DNA from: Octopus vulgaris
Lineage: Eukaryota
DNA: 64,000 nucleotides
Direction of reading: 5' to 3'
Assembly: GCA_951406725.2 (NCBI GenBank)
Contig: OX597820.1
Coordinates: 5,580,001 to 5,644,000 of the forward strand
The position numbers and the translations under genes were made by a program. The notes beneath the pieces are model-generated. The model had not been told where the DNA came from, did not search any database, and saw only the letters and a program-made list of their open reading frames with translations. This document shows, piece after piece, positions 57,255 to 64,000 of the stretch (within the stretch, counting starts at the first letter, position 1; each line of letters opens with the position of its first letter).

Positions 57255-57905
57255 AAGGATGAAAGGCAGAATTTGAACTCAGAACGTAGCGGCAGACGAA
57301 ATACCTATTTCTTTACTACCCACAAGGGGCTAAACACAGAGGGGACAAACAAGGACAGACAAACGGATTAAGTCGATTACATCGACCCCAGTGCGTAACT
57401 GATATTTATTTAATCGACCCCGAAAGGATGAAAGGCAAAGTCGACCTCGGCGGAATTTGAACTCAGAACGTAACGACAGACGAAATACCTATTTCTTTAC
57501 TACCCACAAGGGGCTAAACACAGAGGGGACAAACAAGGGCAGACAAACGGATTAAGTCGATTACATCGACCCCAGTGCGTAACTGGTATTTATTTAATCG
57601 ACCCCGAAAGGATGAAAGGCAAAGTCAACCTCGGCGGAATTTGAACTCAGAACGTAACGACAGACGAAATACCTATTTCTTTACTACCCACAAGGGGCTA
57701 AACACAGAGGGGACAAACAAGGACAGACAAACGGATTAAGTCGATTACATCGACCCCAGTGCGTAACTGGTATTTATTTAATCGACCCCGAAAGGATGAA
57801 AGGCAAAGTCGACCTCGTCGGAATTAGAACTCACAACGTAGCGGCCGACGAAATACCGCTGAGCATTTCGACCGGCGTGCTAACGATTCTGCCAGCTCAC
57901 CGCCT
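57255..57905 (-). mobile_element. Family C SINE with 184-bp near-identical tandem units
   Basis: att(t/a)gaactc anchor at 57271, 57455, 57639, 57823. Confidence 0.92.
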
Positions 57906-57940
57906 TCATTTTCTTTTAAAATTACATATTGATACTTTAA

Positions 57941-58225
57941 GGCGGCGAGCTGGCAGAATCGTTAGCCGTATTTCGCCTGCCGTTACGTTCTGAGTTCAAA
58001 TTCCGCCGAGGTCGACTTTGCCTTTCATCCTTTCGGGGTCGATTAAATAAGTACCAGTTACGCACTGGGGTCGATATAATCGACTTAATCCGTGTGTCTG
58101 TCCTTGTTTGTCCCCTCTATGTTTAGCCCCTTGTGGGTAGTAAAGAAATAGGTATTTCGTCTGCTGCTACGTTCTGAGTTCAAATTCCGCCATTCTGAGT
58201 TCAAATTAGCAGTATTTCGTCTGTC
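57941..58225 (+). mobile_element. Family C SINE, head-to-head with 57255-57905
   Basis: ggcggcgagctggcagaatcgttagc head, one full unit and a partial unit. Confidence 0.88.
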
Positions 58226-58764
58226 TAGAGTAGAAAAGAATATTTTTAAAGATATATTATAATCAACACGTGTTGTTTTCAGTAGTATTTTATCCTCATC
58301 ATATTTCTTTTTGTCCGATCTTCTTTGATACTCTTTCATTTGAATATCCAGACAACCCAGGACGATCCTTGTTCTTTTGTCCATAAGACAGTGCTTTCTC
58401 TTGTGGAGGTCTGTGGCTTACATTTCATCGTCTTCCCGCCTTTATTTTCTCGGGTGTTTTAACCGTTTCACTGCGAAATTAAATTTCATGGTTGTTGCAG
58501 AAATGCTTTTAAACATCACCAAAATAGATTTGGTATGTTTTGCAAGTCACGTTGCCGCAATAAATTTGACATATCTAAAAAAAAAGAAAAAAAATAGTTT
58601 CAAACATAGCATTCCCCAACAAAAGACAGACTTCTCTATAAAACTGCATTCCGCAGTAAAAGGGTGAAAAAGAAACATTATTTTAATTGCGCCGAGCGTT
58701 TGTATTTCTTCACGAGGTAGATATGAAGACAAATATATAAAGAGAAATAAGATAGATATAAAGA

Positions 58765-59073
58765 TACCATATGTGATGGTCTATAAGACGCACGAGTGCA
58801 TAAGACGCACCCTAGCCTTGGCTATACTTTTGTAAAATAAATTATCACTAAAATAATGTTTTAATTCCTTCCAATAATTATCAGCAATTTATAATTATCT
58901 ACATACTGTAGACGATTGTTCACCAATAGATAGCAGCACACGTTTTGTAAACATACATACAGTTTTGAGGGAGTTTTGAACCTACATTGAGTGCATTGGA
59001 CGCAGGGGGCTTTTTAAAGCCATTTTTGGGTTAAAAAAAAAAAGATGCGTCTTATAGGTCATCAAATACGGTA
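58765..59073. mobile_element. Tc1/mariner/pogo-type MITE with TA flanks
   Basis: TA-ccatatgtgatggtctataagacgca versus reverse complement TA-ccgtatttgatgacctataagacgca (22/26). Confidence 0.75.
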
Positions 59074-59525
59074 ATTATTTTGCATTATGAGTACCAACTA
59101 TATACTCTCAAATGATTGGTTTAATTGCCCCTGGGCCGCTGAAATGAGACTGGTCTCTACAGCAGGAATTGAACGCAACATTCAAGTCACTTGATATCTC
59201 ATTTCGGCGATTCTAGCAAACAACCGCGCTTCTACCTCGTCTATAACGATAATTCTATCGACCAATGTTTCAAAGAACCATGATATTTTAATCGTTCTTT
59301 ACCAAAGACGAAACTTATCTTCATATTTCTCTCATTTACAAAACATGAAAGAGGTAAAACAATAAACTTCACGCCAAGAAAACAAACAAGTTTATGCTTG
59401 CGTGTTTATATTTGTGTATGTGTGCGAGCATGTGTGTGTAGGCGCGCATATAAGTGTATGTGTGTATGCATGCATATTGCATATTTGTGTATTTGTATTA
59501 GAATATATATATGAATGCATACATA

Positions 59526-59568
<43 letters not shown>

Positions 59569-59680
59569 CCACTCACATTAAAACCTACATACTTGTACAT
59601 AATCATACATATTTGCATATAAATTTATGCATGCATATAATTGTGCATAATATATATACGTACATACGTATACGTTTATA

Positions 59681-59787
<107 letters not shown>

Positions 59788-59965
59788 CATATACATACAT
59801 ACGCACACACATATGTGTGTTTGTGTGTGTGTGTGTGTATCCATTAAACCAGAGACAGAAAAGATAAGAGATAACGGAAGTTAATAAGAAAATGAATTAT
59901 GTGTGATGCTGTGTGTTTGTGGGAAATGCTCTGTTATGTGTGTTTATATGTATGAAGGTATATAT

Positions 59966-60032
<67 letters not shown>

Positions 60033-60254
60033 CACACACACACTACCTACATACGTATGTATGTGATGGAATAAGTAATGTTTGCCGCAGATTAGAGCAA
60101 ATATGGCGGTGTTTAATTACAACTGGAATTGTTTATATCTTCTGGGATTGTCGCAATGTCAAAGATGAAAGAGTTGGTGCCATGAAACTGCCAAACAGAT
60201 TGCCAGATAACTCAACTCAACAAAACTGCAAATATTAACTCTTTGCATCATCAA

Positions 60255-60960
60255 CGTCGTCGTCGTCGTCGTCGTCGCCTTCTTCTTCTTCTTCTTCTTC
60301 TTCTTCTTCTTCTTCTTCTTCTTCTTCTTCTTCTTCTTCTTCTTCTTCTTCTTCTTCTTTTTCTCGTTGTTGTTCTTCATATTATTATTGAGAGTGTCGC
60401 TGATGCCGTTCTTAATATTACATTTGTTATTTATATTGTCGTTGTTGTTGTTGTTGTTGTTCTTCTTCATATTCCTCTCCTTCCTCTCCTCCTTCCCCTT
60501 CTTCTTCTTCTTCCTCTCCTCCTTCCCTTTCTTCTTCTTCTTCTTCTCGTTGTTGCTGTTGGTTTTGTTGCTGTTGTCCTTCTCGTTGTTCTTCCTCTTC
60601 TTCTTTTCGTTGTCATTGTCGTTGTTGTTGTTGTTCTTCTTCTTGTTGTTCTTCTTGTTCTTCTTGTTCTTCTTGTTCTTCATTCTGTTGAGAGTGTCGC
60701 TGATGCCGTTCTTAATATTACATTTGTTATTTATATTGTCGTTGTTGTTGTTGTTGTTGTTGTTCTTCTTCTTCTTCTTCTTCTTCTTACCGTTACCATT
60801 TTTTCCCTTTCCTTATTGCTTCTTGGCTACCGTTGAAGTCCCTGTTGCTTCTGTTCACATTGCTCTTATTAATGTTGTTCCTCTTACTATTCTAATTACC
60901 GTTGTTGTTGTTGTTATTGCCGTCATTGTTATCGCTCGTGTTGTTGTTCTTGTTGTTGAT
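60255..60960. repeat. (CTT)n/(GTT)n/(CGT)n low-complexity region with internal 300-bp-offset duplication
   Basis: Directly visible. ttgagagtgtcgctgatgccg... at 60388 and 60688. Confidence 0.9.
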
Positions 60961-61328
60961 ATGCTGCTCTTGCTACTAATGTCGCCATGATTGATGTTTC
61001 CCTTGTTGTTTATTACTGCACTTGTTTATCAATAAAAAACCATCTTCTCAAGCTGTGCCTCATATGTAGCAGAAGGCGTCCCTTCCCTCCTTAATATATT
61101 TCCTATATTGAATAACTGCAGCAAAAAGATTCTACCATGTTATTCTAAGACTACAACGTCCCTCAAGACTAGAAGAACTCGACTTAATGCAACTGAAATA
61201 CGTTGAAATTTCTATCTCATCAGGGGAAAAAACACCTAGAAGCAACTGAGAGGTTGGCAAGCGACTTCATTGCAAGAAATTTAACAGAAATCTCTCATTC
61301 CTGTAATAAATCTATAATATATGTGTGC

Positions 61329-61384
<56 letters not shown>

Positions 61385-61850
61385 AAGCATATATGTGCCT
61401 GTGTATGTATATATGTTTATATATTTCAACAATTTAAACCAGTGGTTTTTAACCTCTATTTTCTTTTTTGGTAGCGCCCCTTTTTAAGTAGTTGTCATAT
61501 CTCCCACCCACGTGAAGTATCACGACTGAACTAACTAAAGGTGGATACTCATTTGTGAATTTTACTGTAAAAAGGATTTAGAAATTAATGAAGACAAAAT
61601 TTGTAAATTTGCTGCGTTCATTGCAAATTCATGACTTCCTTCTGCCTGATGAGATCTCATTTTATTTTAATAACCATTATTAGTTTTATTATGTATGATA
61701 TAATTATTTACACACACACACACACACACACATACACACACACACACATGCGTGAGTGCGTGTATGTGTGCGTGTATCTATATGTCTGTGTTTGTACGTA
61801 TATATGCATACATATACAAGTATATACATATATGTGTAATTATATAAATA

Positions 61851-61888
<38 letters not shown>

Positions 61889-61907
61889 ATATATATATGT
61901 ATATATG

Positions 61908-61977
<70 letters not shown>

Positions 61978-62679
61978 CACATATACATTTTCATTACAGC
62001 ATACACACACATAAACACACGTGCACACACACGGACACACACGCACATACACACCTACATTTAAATATATGTATTTTTGAAATGCTTTAACTGAGGAAGG
62101 TTTACGTAATGGATGCATTTCCCATTATATATTACGCAAACCTGAAATGTACGTGTTAAATGATTTCAAAATATCATTATTGGGTTTGACTATATAGCAC
62201 ACACATGCATACATACGCACACACACACACACACACACAAATATTCACACACACACACACACACATTTAATTTGTAGCAAGAGAGGTGGGTAATGTGCTT
62301 GACCTTTACTGGCCCCTCGAGACCGGTGACCCGTTACTGCTGCGTTTAAATTCTTGGACGTTAATGCCAATCGAAAAGAAAGGAACAGAAAGAATATACC
62401 AGAGGGTGGGATTGAATACCTGAGGTGAAAAGACAAGTCTTGGTAGCAAGTGTGGGGCAAGGGCCGCCGGACGCGCCAATACGACAAGTGACAGAGATAT
62501 ATGAAAGCGTTGAGAAAAGGTTGACTGAGGTAGGAGAATAACCATCTCCGAGGAACAGCAGCTATTTTAGTAGTGACCCAAAAGTCAGTCTGGCGGCACA
62601 GCACTCTTGTAGGGTCGAGGAAGGAGTACGACCCTGCCTAACTTACTTATTGTATACCCAATAACCATTCCCATTAGAG

Positions 62680-62721
<42 letters not shown>

Positions 62722-62724
<3 letters not shown>

Positions 62725-63140
62725 TCTTTACACTCTCTTACTTGTTTCAGTCATATGACTGCGGCCATGCTGGAGCACCGCCTTTAGTCGAGCAAATCGA
62801 CCCCGGGACTTATTCTTTGTAAGCCCAGTACTTATTCTATCGGTCCCTTTTGCCGAACTGCTAAGTGACGGGGACGTAAACACACCCAGCATCGATTGTC
62901 AAGCGATGTTGGGGGGACAAACACAGACACACAGACATATACACACACATACATATACATATATATATACATATATACGACAGGCCTCTTTCAGTTTCCG
63001 TCTACCAAATCCACTCACAAGGCATTGGTCGGCCCGGGGCTATAGCAGAAGACACTTGCCCAAGATGCCACGCAGTGGGACTGAACCCGGAACCATGTGG
63101 TTGGTTAGCAAGCTACTTACCACACAGCCACTCCTGCGCC
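62722..63140 (-). mobile_element. SINE family D, full length, same subfamily as 36381-36785
   Basis: Shares diagnostic variants gaactgctaagtgacgggg and caaggcattggtcggcccggggctatagcag. Confidence 0.9.
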
Positions 63141-63360
63141 TGTATATATATATAAATTGGAAAAAACCACCTTTTATCAATTCAAAATGAACAATTAAAT
63201 TACACCATCTAGAAAATTACACAGAAATATTAAAATTAAAATAACAATAATATACTGATGATTAAGTAAATTGCAAAATAATAATAAAAACGTATATATT
63301 TGGTAGAATAGCGACACGTGTTTCGTGGCTATATTGAATATTCCCTCAAATAATTATTAC

Positions 63361-63396
<36 letters not shown>

Positions 63397-63458
63397 TGTA
63401 TGTATGTATGTATGTATGTATGTATGTATATATATATATATATATATATATTTATGTG

Positions 63459-63498
<40 letters not shown>

Positions 63499-63521
63499 TA
63501 AATAAACGTACATATAAATGT

Positions 63522-63559
<38 letters not shown>

Positions 63560-64000
63560 GTATGCGTTTGTGTAGATGTTTGTATGTTCTTGTGTAAACA
63601 AACGCCATTTTGTGTGTGTTGGATAATTAACGTGCATCCCCATGTGCATCCACACATCCAGTTTGAAATGGTTATTATTTAGAGGTGTAGAGCACGTATG
63701 TTCCTCATCAACGTTCGCCGCCACCACCACCACCACCACCACCTCCACCATCATCATCATCAGCAGCAGCAGCCGCAGCAGTAGCAACCGCATTACAGAC
63801 GTAATGCTAATGATATTTGTTTTGGAAAATCGCATGTATCTAAGATAAAACAAGCAACATTTCTGTGAGCGATCGATTGCGGGTGGAAAGGGGGTAGAAA
63901 TGCTGGCGGTGGAGAGACATGGTGGTTTGACGACACAATGTGTGTGCGTATAAGGATATGAGGATGCATTTGTATGTATATATATATATATATATTTGCA

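Noticed and set aside
58085-58384. Possible host exon or transposase (MDKRTRIVLG...)
   Set aside because: No recognisable motif, and the ORF runs into a SINE.
60159-60990. Lys/Asn-rich or hydrophobic membrane-protein ORFs
   Set aside because: Trinucleotide low-complexity sequence with no domain or splice evidence.

Overview
Repeat-dominated eukaryotic DNA with no recognisable host gene. The dense (TA)n, (CA)n, (TACA)n and (TAA)n microsatellites and tRNA-headed SINEs resemble an octopod cephalopod genome (inference from pattern recognition, not a database result). Most ORFs in the track are microsatellite artefacts. Supported content: (1) a ~7.1 kb satellite of 34-bp units (12273-19373) whose unit matches an internal segment of a SINE found elsewhere in the window, with recurrent 7-unit (238 bp) steps and a 428-bp internal inversion; (2) disabled non-LTR retrotransposon fragments (CR1-group, RTE, R4/Dong-like RLE type); (3) mariner remnants, several MITEs and three non-autonomous Helitron-like elements; (4) many SINE copies with shuffled core and tail modules and tandem 184-bp units; (5) several minimal hammerhead-ribozyme-like motifs, one with an A3:U8 compensatory core. 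All alignments were done by eye, so boundaries of degenerate elements are approximate.
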